Shown: positions 20,728 to 30,912 of the stretch, piece after piece
Layout: each line of letters opens with the position of its first letter
Position numbering within the stretch: position 1 is the first letter of the stretch
Source: Chloroflexota bacterium
GTDB lineage: Bacteria; Chloroflexota; Dehalococcoidia; Lucifugimonadales; JADFKI01
Reading direction: 5' to 3'
DNA: 64,000 nucleotides
Assembly (NCBI GenBank): GCA_027623195.1
Contig: JAQBUT010000007.1
Location: forward strand, 1-64,000
The notes under the pieces: model-generated
Databases searched by the model: none
What the model saw: only the letters and a program-made list of their open reading frames with translations
What the model was told of the DNA's origin: nothing
Position numbers and translations under genes: made by a program

Positions 20728-21383
20728 GCGAGTCCTGCCCTCTCTGCAACAATGGGTCCACGTCGGTGCTGCATAGAGGCGGCAGGGACTCAGGCTTCAG
20801 GGACTTTTTTCATTGCGAAACGTGCGACCTGGTATTCGTTCCGCGAACCCAATTGCTCACTCCCGAGGGGCAGAAGGACCGCTACCTACAGCACAACAAT
20901 GACGTGGACGACCCGGACTACCGCCTGTTCTTAGGCAGGCTCTACTACCAGTTAAAGCCTCACCTCATGACAGGCGCAAAGGGTCTGGAATATGGAAGCG
21001 GCCCCGGACCGGCGCTGGTGGCCATGATGCAGGAGGACGGCTTTGACGTGGATATGTACGATTTCTACTTCCACGCGGATGAGGCTGTCTTCAACAAGAC
21101 TTACGACTTCATCACGTGTACGGAGACCGCCGAGCATTTTTCCGATCCAGCTCTAGAGTTCCAACAACTGGCCGCCATGCTGAGAAGCCCTGGGTGGATG
21201 GGACTAATGACAGGTATGTTGGCCGACTGGTCCCAATTCCCCATCTGGTATTACCATCGGGACCCGACCCACGTAAATTTCTTCAGCCGAAAAACCATGT
21301 CATGGATCGCAAGGAAGCATGACTGGGAGGTTTCTTTCCCCACTGAAAACGTGGCCCTGTTCTTCAATCCCCAGGGGCTATAG
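20724..21383 (+). CDS. Class I SAM-dependent methyltransferase with N-terminal Zn-ribbon
   Basis: CPLC...CETC, HNND, EYGSGPGP, YDFITCTETAEHF, WYYHRDPTHV. Confidence 0.88.
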   Translation: MSESCPLCNNGSTSVLHRGGRDSGFRDFFHCETCDLVFVPRTQLLTPEGQKDRYLQHNNDVDDPDYRLFLGRLYYQLKPHLMTGAKGLEYGSGPGPALVAMMQEDGFDVDMYDFYFHADEAVFNKTYDFITCTETAEHFSDPALEFQQLAAMLRSPGWMGLMTGMLADWSQFPIWYYHRDPTHVNFFSRKTMSWIARKHDWEVSFPTENVALFFNPQGL

Positions 21384-21450
21384 GTCCAAGAACCACTGGC
21401 ATCTGCCAGGCAACATCAAGACCGCCACGGCCTCAGCGCACGTCGCCCCG

Positions 21451-22527
21451 CTATGCCCCAGACGCCTCCTCCAGTATGCGGCGTCCCAAGTCATTAGGCG
21501 GATGAACGTCCCTGAGCGCAGGTATGACCTCTTCGCCCAACAGGCGCACCGACCGCATAATCTTGTGGTGCTCGATGCCGCCTATCTGAGTCCAGGCAAT
21601 CAGACGGGTTGCGCCCAACTCACCAAAGCGCTTTAGCTTTTCGGTCACCGTCTCCGGACTGCCAAAGAACAGGCGCTGCTCAAAGGTCTCATCGTCCAGC
21701 TCGTCCGCGACAGGGACGACGTCCACCTTGCCGTTAACGACCTTCTTGCGTGCCAGAGCGTGAAGCGCCCTCATCTGCCAGCGGACCTGCGCAATCTCCT
21801 GTCGCGCCTCCTCGTCGGTGGGCGCAACGTAGATCATGATGTCTAAACCCAGTTGCAAATCATCAATCGGCTTGCCCTGCTCCTGGAGCGTACCGAAATA
21901 CAACTCAAGCTGGGACCGCAAAGCGTCCTCACCGCTGAGGGCTGATGCCATTGGCATCATGTCTCGCTCCGCGGCAATTCTCATAGAATCGGCGCTGGTG
22001 CCGGCCAACCACATAGGCGGATGGGGCTTCTGTTTAGGCTTGGGGAAGACAGATATGGCTTCAGGGATTTTTATGTATTGTCCGTCATAGGTGAAAGACG
22101 ATTCGGAGGTCCACGCCTTTAGCATGACGTCCAGGGACTCGGTGAAGCGCTGGCGGGTCTCGGCCACGTCTATGTTAAATCCCCCGAGTTCGTAGGGGTG
22201 GTAGCCCCGGCCAACGCCACATATGAAACGTCCCTCCAGGAAGTTGTCGAGAACCGCGACCTCTTCCGCTACTCGAAGCGGCTGCCACATGGACAGGATA
22301 AGCGCCGCCGTGCCTATGCGAATGTTGCGCGTGCGCTCCCCTATCCTCAACGCCTGGAGAAGAGGCGACGGCGACTGGCCGTAGTTGGAGAAGTGGTGTT
22401 CCGCAAGCAGGCAGTAATCGAAGCCCAAGTCCTCGGATAACTGTATCTGCTCGACGGACTCATCGAATAGAGTCTGCCAGTTTCGAAGCTCCGGATTAGG
22501 CCATTCGAAAAACAGTCCGCATTCCAT
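21451..22527 (-). CDS. LLM class flavin-dependent oxidoreductase
   Basis: LAEHHFS, PLRVAEEVAVLD, GVGRGY, PKPKQKPHPP. Confidence 0.93.
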   Translation of the reverse strand: MECGLFFEWPNPELRNWQTLFDESVEQIQLSEDLGFDYCLLAEHHFSNYGQSPSPLLQALRIGERTRNIRIGTAALILSMWQPLRVAEEVAVLDNFLEGRFICGVGRGYHPYELGGFNIDVAETRQRFTESLDVMLKAWTSESSFTYDGQYIKIPEAISVFPKPKQKPHPPMWLAGTSADSMRIAAERDMMPMASALSGEDALRSQLELYFGTLQEQGKPIDDLQLGLDIMIYVAPTDEEARQEIAQVRWQMRALHALARKKVVNGKVDVVPVADELDDETFEQRLFFGSPETVTEKLKRFGELGATRLIAWTQIGGIEHHKIMRSVRLLGEEVIPALRDVHPPNDLGRRILEEASGA

Positions 22528-22589
22528 ATTTATGGATTCCTAATTTCAGGATATTGAAAATATGCCTTAATAATTTAGAGGTCAGAAAC

Positions 22590-23612
22590 CTACAATTCGA
22601 AATGGTCCCAGCCGCCGCGCGGCACCGCCATGGGGCTGCCGTTGTCGTCCAGGATGTTCACAGAGCCTTCGCCTGCGACAACCTCGCCGATCACGGACAT
22701 GGGTACGTCCAGGGCAGACCTCAGCCCATGCATTACATCGGCTGGCGCTGTGAACAACAGCTCGTAATCCTCACCGCCACCCAGCGCAAGATTGAGCCAG
22801 TCGTCCGGGAAGGCGGCTTTCAGAATATCGTCTGCGGGTATGGAGCCGGCGTTCAACATCGCGCTAACGTTGCTGGCAGTGCAGATTTTCGTCAGATCGT
22901 TAAGCAGCCCGTCGCTCACATCCATAGCCGTGGTCACACCATGCTCCGCCATAAGCAGGCCAGCCTTAACCTGAGGCACAGGACGGTTGTGAGCGTCTCG
23001 CAAGTGCCTGCTCGCAAGGGCATCCGGAAAATCTGCGCCGGTCTGCAACATACGAAGGCCACCGCCTGAGCAGCCAAGATGCCCTGTGACGGCTATAAGG
23101 TCTCCCGGTTTGGCGGCATCACGGCGAAGGATTCTCGAGTTTGGGAATGGAGCCGCGCCCTCAAGGGCAACGGTAACGAAAAATACAGGAGACTTAACGA
23201 TGTCCCCGCCGACGATGGCCCCGCCGTGAGCCGTAGCCACGTCCATAAGGCCGCGGTACATATCCAGCAGGCCTTCCACGGGAAGATCTCCGCGCAGTCC
23301 CAGCGTGACAATGGAGTAGGTCGGTCGGCAGCCCATGGCGGCAATGTCGCTGAGGTTCGTTGCCAACGACTTCCAGCCCAGGTCTCGCCAGTCCGTGTAG
23401 TCGAGATTGAAGTGGACACCCTCCACCATAGTATCGGTGGTAAGCACCCTGATACCCGGTGGACCCTGCCAGGCGGCTGCGTCATCCCCTATGGTGAGTA
23501 GCGTGCGGAACCCATCGTCGTCCAGCCTCTGAATGAGACTGCTGTTCTCGCCGCCAATGGTCTGGGCCAACCTATCGATGAGGGGAAATTCCCCGATATC
23601 TCTAACTAGCAT
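22590..23612 (-). CDS. thiL: Thiamine-monophosphate kinase
   Basis: GEFPLI, IGDDAA, DTMVEGVHF, NLSDIAAMG, GGD, MDVSDGL, GGEDYELLFT. Confidence 0.95.
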   Translation of the reverse strand: MLVRDIGEFPLIDRLAQTIGGENSSLIQRLDDDGFRTLLTIGDDAAAWQGPPGIRVLTTDTMVEGVHFNLDYTDWRDLGWKSLATNLSDIAAMGCRPTYSIVTLGLRGDLPVEGLLDMYRGLMDVATAHGGAIVGGDIVKSPVFFVTVALEGAAPFPNSRILRRDAAKPGDLIAVTGHLGCSGGGLRMLQTGADFPDALASRHLRDAHNRPVPQVKAGLLMAEHGVTTAMDVSDGLLNDLTKICTASNVSAMLNAGSIPADDILKAAFPDDWLNLALGGGEDYELLFTAPADVMHGLRSALDVPMSVIGEVVAGEGSVNILDDNGSPMAVPRGGWDHFEL

Positions 23613-23786
23613 GGCCCGCATTATACCCGGCATCAGGCCGTTTACTCAAACTTTTGTTTTCCATAAACGGCTTGCGACATAGATGAGGGCCGGGTGTCGA
23701 CGCCGAAGCAGACCTCCAGTAGTCTCGAAGGCTGCCAGGCGGCCCGGAGTCGGCACTCGTAACTCGGACTCCAACTATATGGTTTT

Positions 23787-24506
23787 CTATGCGGCGTTGG
23801 CGGTCGCCAACTCTTCTTCCTGTACCGGCGGGCTAAGTCGATAACCCATGCCGTGCACGGTCTTGATCCAGCGAGGGTTCTTGGCGTCGTCGTCCAGCTT
23901 GCGCCTAAGTCGCTGGATGTACTTCTTGACCTTATTCCCGCCGTCCAGGTCGTCGGACCATACGGCGTCCATGATGTACTCCTGCGAAAGCGTGATGTGT
24001 CTGTTCTTAGCCAGAAGGTGCAGCAGCCGAAACTCCGTCGGTGTCAGCCGCAAGCCTGTGGCTCCCAGGTATACCTCAAAGGTGCCGGGGTTAATGACAA
24101 GCTCGCCGCACTGAATGGGACCCTCGTCGCTCCTGCGATTCACCAGGCTGACGCGCCTCATGATGGCAACCACCTTAACCATCATCACCATCATGTTAGT
24201 GCTGGGGGTAATGTAATCGTCCCCACCAAGGTCTAGCACCTTTATGCCCTGCATCTCGTCTTCCCCGGTCATGGCAACAATAGGAATGTCGGAAAATTTT
24301 CTGATCTCTGAGATTGCCGAATACATATTCATGTCCGTGAGGTCTTCGCAAATAAACGCCATATCGGGCTCTTTCTGCTCAATAGCCATAAGGCCCTGGC
24401 TGGCCTTCGTGACCATAATGGATTCCAGATCAGGCCACCGAATACGCAGGGTTAGAGCCAGTTGTTCTATTCTGGTCGAGTCCTGTCCAAAAAATAGCGC
24501 CTTCAT
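23787..24506 (-). CDS. OmpR/PhoB family response regulator with atypical receiver
   Basis: Winged helix LTPTEFRLL...YIQRLRRKL...IKTVHGMGY; receiver lacks canonical Asp and Lys. Confidence 0.88.
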   Translation of the reverse strand: MKALFFGQDSTRIEQLALTLRIRWPDLESIMVTKASQGLMAIEQKEPDMAFICEDLTDMNMYSAISEIRKFSDIPIVAMTGEDEMQGIKVLDLGGDDYITPSTNMMVMMVKVVAIMRRVSLVNRRSDEGPIQCGELVINPGTFEVYLGATGLRLTPTEFRLLHLLAKNRHITLSQEYIMDAVWSDDLDGGNKVKKYIQRLRRKLDDDAKNPRWIKTVHGMGYRLSPPVQEEELATANAA

Positions 24507-24631
24507 GGGCTTCTCCTCTCACTTTGGAGCACGCCGTCTCGCACATCGGACATTTCTCTGTCAATCAGGCGTCCGTTGCCGGTCATGTTCACCAAATGTG
24601 CACACATGTTAGAAAAGCCGGGACGCCACTT

Positions 24632-24670
24632 CCTAACCTCAACCTGACGTAAGCCTGACATTAACCTCAC
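24632..24670 (-). promoter_or_regulatory. Four direct repeats at 11-bp spacing upstream of the OmpR-family gene
   Basis: Plus strand CCTAAC 24632, CCTGAC 24643, CCTGAC 24654, CCTCAC 24665. Confidence 0.6.
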
Positions 24671-25033
24671 AAAGAGACTATCTTTCCAATAAGTGGGTGT
24701 TGGGTATCACAAGCCCGCGATTTAACGGCCTCATGGCCGCAGCCAAGGCTGGAAGGCACCCATTCAGAACCACTCCGATTACCAGCCAATTTTGCCTACG
24801 AATATGGCCTCGTCGCTCAGTGATTTTTGGAAAAAAATGATCAGTTACCACCATTCCCAGAAAGATGCCGCAGTTCACGTTTGAGGTTGAATGTGAAGAA
24901 CAGCCGGACTACTTTGACCTAGAGGACAGGCGTCATCTGACAGATATAATTGATCTGGTGGGAGCGTGTGGCGTAGGCAGATCCATCGTCGCATGCCACC
25001 AGGCCACGCGGCAGTCGCAACGGTTGGTTTAGC

Positions 25034-25954
25034 TTAGTCCTTAACCCAGACCAGCCTGAAGCCACCCTGGATTTCGTCCAGTTCCCGCAGGTCGGACGCC
25101 TTTAGCTTCCAGTCGGCGGCGCTGGCGTTGTGCTGCACCTGTGCGGCTGACTTGGCGCCTACAATAGCCGAAGTCACCGCAGGGTTGGCGAGGGTCCAAG
25201 CTATGGCAAGCTGAACGATGTCTCTTCCGTGGTCCTCAGACCACTGCTTCAAGCCCTGCACGACGTCGTATATCTCCTGAAAGTAATCCCCCTGGAAGAA
25301 GTTGAAGCGCGTCCTCTCATCGTCTGAGGCGAACTGATGGCCAGGCTGATGCCTGCCTGCCAGCATACCCTTGCACAAGACCGAGTGGGGAATCACCCCA
25401 ATGCCGTTCTCCAAACAAAAGGGCAAAACATCATCCTCGGAGTCTCGCCATAGCATGTTGTAGCGCGGTTGGGAGCTAACTATCGGCCCGAAGTTCATGG
25501 CCTCTTTGGTCTCCTCAGGTGAGAAGTTGGACACACCGATATAGCGGATCTTCCCCTGCTCTCGCAGTCGCATAAGCCCAGCCATCGTGTCTTCAATGGG
25601 CCACTGAGGCTGAGGACTGTGAAGTTGATAGAGGTCGATGTGATCCGTGCCCAGGGAACGCAGGCTCGCCTCTATAGCCAAATTCATGTGCCCAACTGAG
25701 TGATCGTCTCCAGTGAGCTTGGTGGCCAGGAACGCCTGATTACGTTTTCCTGCCAACGCTTTTCCCAGCACGGACTCGCTAGTCTGGTAGCCCTCTGCCG
25801 TATCTATGAAGGTCATGCCGGCCTCCAGGGCTGCGTGAACGGCGGCGATTCCTTGCTCTTCCGCAACGCTACCCAAGCCGCCGCCTATGGGCCATGCACC
25901 AAAGCATATGACGGAGACCTGGGGCCCGTCTTTGCCCAGCATTCTAGTTTCCAT
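25034..25954 (-). CDS. Aldo/keto reductase
   Basis: FIDTAEGY, SLRSLGTDHIDLYQLH, GKIRYIGVSNF, QPRYNML. Confidence 0.93.
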   Translation of the reverse strand: METRMLGKDGPQVSVICFGAWPIGGGLGSVAEEQGIAAVHAALEAGMTFIDTAEGYQTSESVLGKALAGKRNQAFLATKLTGDDHSVGHMNLAIEASLRSLGTDHIDLYQLHSPQPQWPIEDTMAGLMRLREQGKIRYIGVSNFSPEETKEAMNFGPIVSSQPRYNMLWRDSEDDVLPFCLENGIGVIPHSVLCKGMLAGRHQPGHQFASDDERTRFNFFQGDYFQEIYDVVQGLKQWSEDHGRDIVQLAIAWTLANPAVTSAIVGAKSAAQVQHNASAADWKLKASDLRELDEIQGGFRLVWVKD

Positions 25955-27339
25955 TAAGCCTCCTCACTGGCCCCAATCCAGTCTTCTGATTTGCCTGGGG
26001 ATGATCTTAATATCAGATAGCCGGCCCCGCCCGAGATTATGGATGCGACCAGTGTGCCTACCTTGGCCTCTGTAATCAGAGTGGCGTCGTCAAAGGCGAG
26101 GCCACCAACAAATATTGCCATGGTAAAGCCGATTCCGCCCAGGCATGCGACGCCAATGATCTGTCTCCAAGTAATGCCCTGTGGCAAGAATGCGAGGCCG
26201 CTCTTTACTGCAATCCAACTGAAAATTCCTATGCCCAGCGGCTTTCCAATTACAAGCCCCAGAATTATCCCCAGCGATACAGGTGTAGTTGCAAGTCCCA
26301 AAATGTCGCCGTCCAGCAAAACACCTGCGTTGGACAGGGCAAACAAAGGCATAATGGCGAACGCAACTATAGGGTGCAGGCTGTGCTCAAGTCTTTGCAG
26401 GGGCGACTCGACTTGCCTTGCGGCAATCTCCAGCTCTTCCAGGGCCGATCTCTGCCTCACGGTGGTAAGCGCCAGGTGTCCCCGGCGCGGGCCGGACTCT
26501 CCATCGCCGGCAAACTCGTCCAACAGCGCTCTGCCCCGTGCCACAAACTGCTCTGGATTAATTCGGACCCGCAGAGGAACGGTCATAGCCACGAGGACGC
26601 CCGCCACCGTTGGATGAATACCAGACTTAAAAAAAGAGACCCAAACGACAGCGCCTACAAGCGCGTACACCAGGGGAGACCGCAGGCCTATGACGTTCAT
26701 TAGCACCAGGGTCACGATGAGGCCTCCACCGATGGCCAGGTTCACCCAGTGTATTGTCTCCGTAAAGAATACGGCTATCACGAGCACGGCCCCGACGTCG
26801 TCCACAATGGCGAAGGCGGTCAGAAATACCTTGAGCGGAATCGGAATGCGGCTGCCTAGCAAAGCAACGACGCCGAGAGAGAAAGCGATGTCGGTGGACA
26901 TGGGTATTGCCCAGCCATCCGCTCCTTCGCCACCCGCGTTTAGCATCACGTAAAGCGCGGCCGGAACGACCATCCCACCGACGGCCGCCACCACAGGCAG
27001 GGCTGCCTGCCTGAGAGACGCTAATTCTCCCAATATAATGGACCTTTTGATCTCCAGGCCGACCACGAAAAAGAAGATGGCCATCAGGGCATCGTTGATC
27101 CAGAAATGTAAAGGCTCGTCCATCAAGAACTGGCGAACACCGATAGTGAGGTGTGTTTCCCACAAGGCTTCGTAGTTGTGCTCGAATGCAGAGTTAGCCC
27201 AAATCAGGGCCGCGACGGTGCACGCCAGCAGCAAAAGTCCGCCTGATGCCTCCTCTGCGGCGAATCTCTGAAAAGGGCTCATGAGGCGGTCTATGTGTGG
27301 TTCCAACGGGGAACGCAGTCGATTGAGCAAACGTCGCAT
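25954..27339 (-). CDS. nhaA: Na+/H+ antiporter NhaA
   Basis: WINDALMAIFFFVVGLEIKR, GWAIPMSTDIAF, AIVDD, GIGFTMAIF. Confidence 0.95.
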   Translation of the reverse strand: MRRLLNRLRSPLEPHIDRLMSPFQRFAAEEASGGLLLLACTVAALIWANSAFEHNYEALWETHLTIGVRQFLMDEPLHFWINDALMAIFFFVVGLEIKRSIILGELASLRQAALPVVAAVGGMVVPAALYVMLNAGGEGADGWAIPMSTDIAFSLGVVALLGSRIPIPLKVFLTAFAIVDDVGAVLVIAVFFTETIHWVNLAIGGGLIVTLVLMNVIGLRSPLVYALVGAVVWVSFFKSGIHPTVAGVLVAMTVPLRVRINPEQFVARGRALLDEFAGDGESGPRRGHLALTTVRQRSALEELEIAARQVESPLQRLEHSLHPIVAFAIMPLFALSNAGVLLDGDILGLATTPVSLGIILGLVIGKPLGIGIFSWIAVKSGLAFLPQGITWRQIIGVACLGGIGFTMAIFVGGLAFDDATLITEAKVGTLVASIISGGAGYLILRSSPGKSEDWIGASEEA

Positions 27340-27395
27340 GATTCGGCTGGACTTCCCTTTATTCTTATATTCTTACGTTTTTTGATTGAGCCCTG

Positions 27396-27434
27396 AAAAC
27401 AGCAAGAAGGGCTTCATTAGAAACCCTTCCTGCT
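27396..27434 (-). terminator. Probable intrinsic terminator
   Basis: Minus strand AGCAGGAAGGG...CCCTTCTTGCT followed by GTTTT. Confidence 0.55.
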
Positions 27435-27481
27435 TGAAATCATGTTTTTCGGACGGTCTGTATTAATTCTACATTACGGCA

Positions 27482-29662
27482 CTAGCCAGAACCAGCATCA
27501 CCGGGCTCTGCAAGCTGCAACGTAGATGTTGCGTCGCCGCCAACCACAACTTCTTCACCCTGCTCCAGTCCAGACCTTATTACCGTCCAGCCATCGTTGC
27601 TCTCCCCGGTGACAACATCCTGCAGGATTATGGAACCGTTTCGTACTACCTTCACGGTTGGAGGGCTGCCCGGCTGGTCTGCCGCTATAGCATCCCTGGG
27701 GACAAGCAAGACGCCTGTCTGCTCGCCAACTATCGCGGTGCTGATTTTCGTCAGTGTAACGGGAATTTCAATTCCCTCAGGCACTTCTGCCCTGACCGTA
27801 ACGGAAAAACTAACAACGCCGCGCTCAGTCCTAGGCGCGCGACTAACAGAAGTAACAGTCCCTCTCAGAACCTGGCCTTGAAGGTCATGGAAGGTGATTT
27901 TGGCAGCCGCCCCTTCGCTAACGAAGCTAAGGTTAGACGCGTCAACAACCCCGTGTACCTCAACAACCGAGGGGTCAACTACCTGGGCAATTCGCGACTC
28001 ATCATCAACCAGATCGTCCTCTTCTGCATTCAGGAAAGCCACTACACCGTCAAAGGGAGCGCGAATAAGCCCGCCTTCCAGGTCGGCCTCAAGCTCGTCT
28101 ACCATTTCCCGTGCGGCCTCAACTGCAGCCTCAGCGGCTATCAGTTGTTGCTCATGTACACCGGCAGCTCCTTGAAGCTGTATCTGTGCGGCCTTAAACC
28201 GGGCTTCAGCAAGCGCCTCCTCAGCGGAGGCAAGCTCTACCTCCAAGGCGTTATCGTTGACGCTGTCCAAACCGTCCGTTGGCTCATCAAGCCTGGCTTG
28301 TGCAGCATCCAGCGCTGCCTGTGCCCTTTCGATGTCCTGCGGGCCTACGTTAAGGATGAGCACAGCTAAGTTTTCTTCAGCACTCTCAAGACTTGCCTTG
28401 GCCAGTCCAAGCCTCGACGCCGCCTCGAGAAGTTCTCCCGGCTCCGGTCCGTCCTCAATGTCATCGAAATCTTTACGCGCATCCAGGAACTTGTCCTGCG
28501 CAGCCGCTAGTGCATCCTCCGCACCATCGATCGCTTTAGACGCGTTGTCCGTAACTGTAACCAGGTTGTCTCCTGCTGCGTCAAACAGATCGAATTGTGT
28601 ATCAAACTCCCGCTCTATACACCTTTCCGACCCTCCCAGAATTTTATTTGCCTCACACGTTCCGATAATGGACCGGTAGCCAGGGTAAAGGTTCACCCAG
28701 GCCCAAACGGTGAACTCTCTCCATCGCGTATCGGGATTTTCTTCGGCAGGTTTAAAGCCCGTGGCGTATGCCGGGTTGGCTCTGTCGAACGTCACGTCCA
28801 GGTCTAAGCCCCAGGCTTCAAACAGGTCCTGCGGGTCTTCGTCTAGCTCGGCTTCGGTAAGCTCCACACCAAGCCAGAAACGATAAAGGTCCAGGTGGTT
28901 TTTATATGCTTCGTCGGCATCCTCCTGAGCAAACCGGAGCTTGTCCTCCCATTCCAGTTTTGCGTTATCGAAGGTGCGCTGGGCGGCATCCAAGTTGGTC
29001 TGAGCGAAGGTGAAGGCATTACTAGCGTCCCGAACTACATCGTCCGGGAACTGCCCGTTCTTCAGGTCCTCGTAGTCCTCCTCCGCATCGTCCAACTCTG
29101 TCAGCGCCAGCGCCACCGCTTTTTCGACTGTGGATAGTTGCAGCTCTTGAGGATCGACCAGGTCATCGTACCTATCCTTGGCGGCATCGACCGCTATGGC
29201 TGCCTTTGCAGCCGCCGTCTGAGCCAGAGCCACCAGTTCCGGATTGGTTATTTTCAGCTGGTTCATTTCGCTCTGCGCCAGCCTCAGCCCCACTCTGCTT
29301 TCGGCCAGGCTCTTCTCCAGTTGGGCCATTCGCAGCCTGTCAAAGCTAACCAGAGCATCGCCAGATCGAACTCGGGCACCTTCAGTGGTCATGACATCGC
29401 CCACAACGCCGGACGACTCAAATTTGAGCGTCGCGGTATGGGGAAACACCAGGGCGCCGTCCACAGGAATGTCCTTGGCGAGATTTCCCAGTTTTACAGG
29501 AACCAACTCCTGCCCGTCATCCAGTTCCAAAGACGAAGCACCCTGACCTCCGCAGGCGACTGAAATTAAAGCTATGGTGAAGAGTAAGAGGCTACCAAGA
29601 GCGATTTTGGATTTGAGTATCAACCGTGTATTGGGTCGCACCTGCGTTCTACCCATCATCAT
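27482..29662 (-). CDS. Very long membrane-fusion/efflux adaptor (HlyD-like) lipoprotein
   Basis: Lipobox LISVAC; lipoyl halves (SGVVGDV...EGARVRSGD, IRAPFDGVV); long coiled coil; C-terminal LLVPRDAI...IRSGLEQGEEVV; start uncertain. Confidence 0.8.
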   Translation of the reverse strand: MMMGRTQVRPNTRLILKSKIALGSLLLFTIALISVACGGQGASSLELDDGQELVPVKLGNLAKDIPVDGALVFPHTATLKFESSGVVGDVMTTEGARVRSGDALVSFDRLRMAQLEKSLAESRVGLRLAQSEMNQLKITNPELVALAQTAAAKAAIAVDAAKDRYDDLVDPQELQLSTVEKAVALALTELDDAEEDYEDLKNGQFPDDVVRDASNAFTFAQTNLDAAQRTFDNAKLEWEDKLRFAQEDADEAYKNHLDLYRFWLGVELTEAELDEDPQDLFEAWGLDLDVTFDRANPAYATGFKPAEENPDTRWREFTVWAWVNLYPGYRSIIGTCEANKILGGSERCIEREFDTQFDLFDAAGDNLVTVTDNASKAIDGAEDALAAAQDKFLDARKDFDDIEDGPEPGELLEAASRLGLAKASLESAEENLAVLILNVGPQDIERAQAALDAAQARLDEPTDGLDSVNDNALEVELASAEEALAEARFKAAQIQLQGAAGVHEQQLIAAEAAVEAAREMVDELEADLEGGLIRAPFDGVVAFLNAEEDDLVDDESRIAQVVDPSVVEVHGVVDASNLSFVSEGAAAKITFHDLQGQVLRGTVTSVSRAPRTERGVVSFSVTVRAEVPEGIEIPVTLTKISTAIVGEQTGVLLVPRDAIAADQPGSPPTVKVVRNGSIILQDVVTGESNDGWTVIRSGLEQGEEVVVGGDATSTLQLAEPGDAGSG

Positions 29663-30087
29663 AAAATTTGTAATCCTCGCTTGAAATTCATAAATAATTC
29701 CGGGGCGGGACTCCCGACCCATAACAAGCTTACGACATGGCATTGGCGTTCGCCATCCACCTTTGGTATGACTATACATTCAACTAAGGTCACGGCCTTA
29801 ACCCAACGTTGCGCATCTAGCCCGTTCCAAATCAGCAAAACATCCGGCCATATTATGCCGTCCGTAAATAGAACGATGTCACGCAGAAAAGGGTTTCACA
29901 TCCTGTCTCCGAGGTTAGTATATGGGCAAAACCAACATGTTCAAAAATCTAAGAAATCTATTGATGAATCGGGATGGGGTAGGTAATATTAACTGAACAT
30001 TCAGTAATTTAATTTCGCGGGTCCGCTTGGGGATGTGGTGCTCTACGAAATTACAAAAGCCGTTCTGGCAAATAAAGGGCAGGTGAA

Positions 30088-30324
30088 ATGCAAACCGTCA
30101 GAGTCGCAATAGACGTCAATCCACGCGACATACCAAACCTTGTTTGCTCCCATCTAGCAGGGAGCAAAGATGACGCAGGCTATTCCTCGGCAATCTCCGA
30201 GGCGCTGGCAGAGGCCTTGGGCGTGCAGGAGTTCCTGCATTGTCCGGAGCGAATACACGAGCTCAGGCGTTTTTTATGGGAAAAGGACCAGAGGTCGGAC
30301 GCGGATTTACATTCCCAGGACTAG
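30088..30324 (+). CDS. Hypothetical protein
   Basis: 78 aa, ATG preceded by AGGTGA; stop shares CTAG with the convergent gene. Confidence 0.55.
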   Translation: MQTVRVAIDVNPRDIPNLVCSHLAGSKDDAGYSSAISEALAEALGVQEFLHCPERIHELRRFLWEKDQRSDADLHSQD

Positions 30325-30737
30325 TCGCCACCGAACCGGTGACGATGCTCAACCATGGTTCATAGGTCCATCACAACCGGAATACCAGCCGCCTCGGCTT
30401 TTGCCTTGGCCTGCAGGTTTACAATACCTTCCTGCATCCAGACGTACTTGGCCCCTATTTCTATGGCTTCCACCACCACTGGCATAACCAGTTCCGGCCT
30501 TCGAAAAATGTCTACCATATCCACAGGCTCCGGTATCGACTTTAAGTCCGGATAGCTTTTCTCCCCCAGCACCTCGGATATCATCGGGTTGACTGGAATT
30601 ATCTTATAGCCCTGTTCCTGTAGGTACTTGGAGACGTAGTGGCTAGGTCTATCTGGGCTGGGAGAAATTCCGACAACGGCAATCGTATGGCTGTTAGCCA
30701 GAGATTCGTACACAGAATCCATAAATGTGAGCTCCAT
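30321..30737 (-). CDS. CoA-binding protein (YccU-like), candidate selenoprotein (in-frame TGA 30360-30362)
   Basis: IAVVGISPSPDRPS, PVNP, VDMVDIFR, WMQEG, then VVMDL-TGA-TMVEHRHRFGGD-TAG; TGA falls at the family Cys of MDxCxxxEH. Confidence 0.85.
30325..30345 (-). promoter_or_regulatory. Candidate bacterial SECIS hairpin
   Basis: Minus strand UCGUCACCG-GUU-CGGUGGCGA, 9-bp stem, loop starts 23 nt after UGA. Confidence 0.65.
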
Positions 30738-30912
30738 TCCTCGGAGTGAATTTAATTTGGTAAGCGACGGTCTCTAATCGAAGAGCGCCACGTGCTCACG
30801 GTAAAGTTCGAGAAACCCAACGCGGCCCCAATTGCAGGAATGCCAACCAAAATCGCTTATCAAATAAGGTTGGTTTGGAACTTTGGGAGGGGGGCCTGGC
30901 GAGGATAGGATA

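Noticed and set aside
23613..23786. Possible TPP riboswitch upstream of thiL
   Set aside because: Only a loose CCTGAT...TAATGC resemblance; no CTGAGA core or P1 helix, and it coincides with a -10 box
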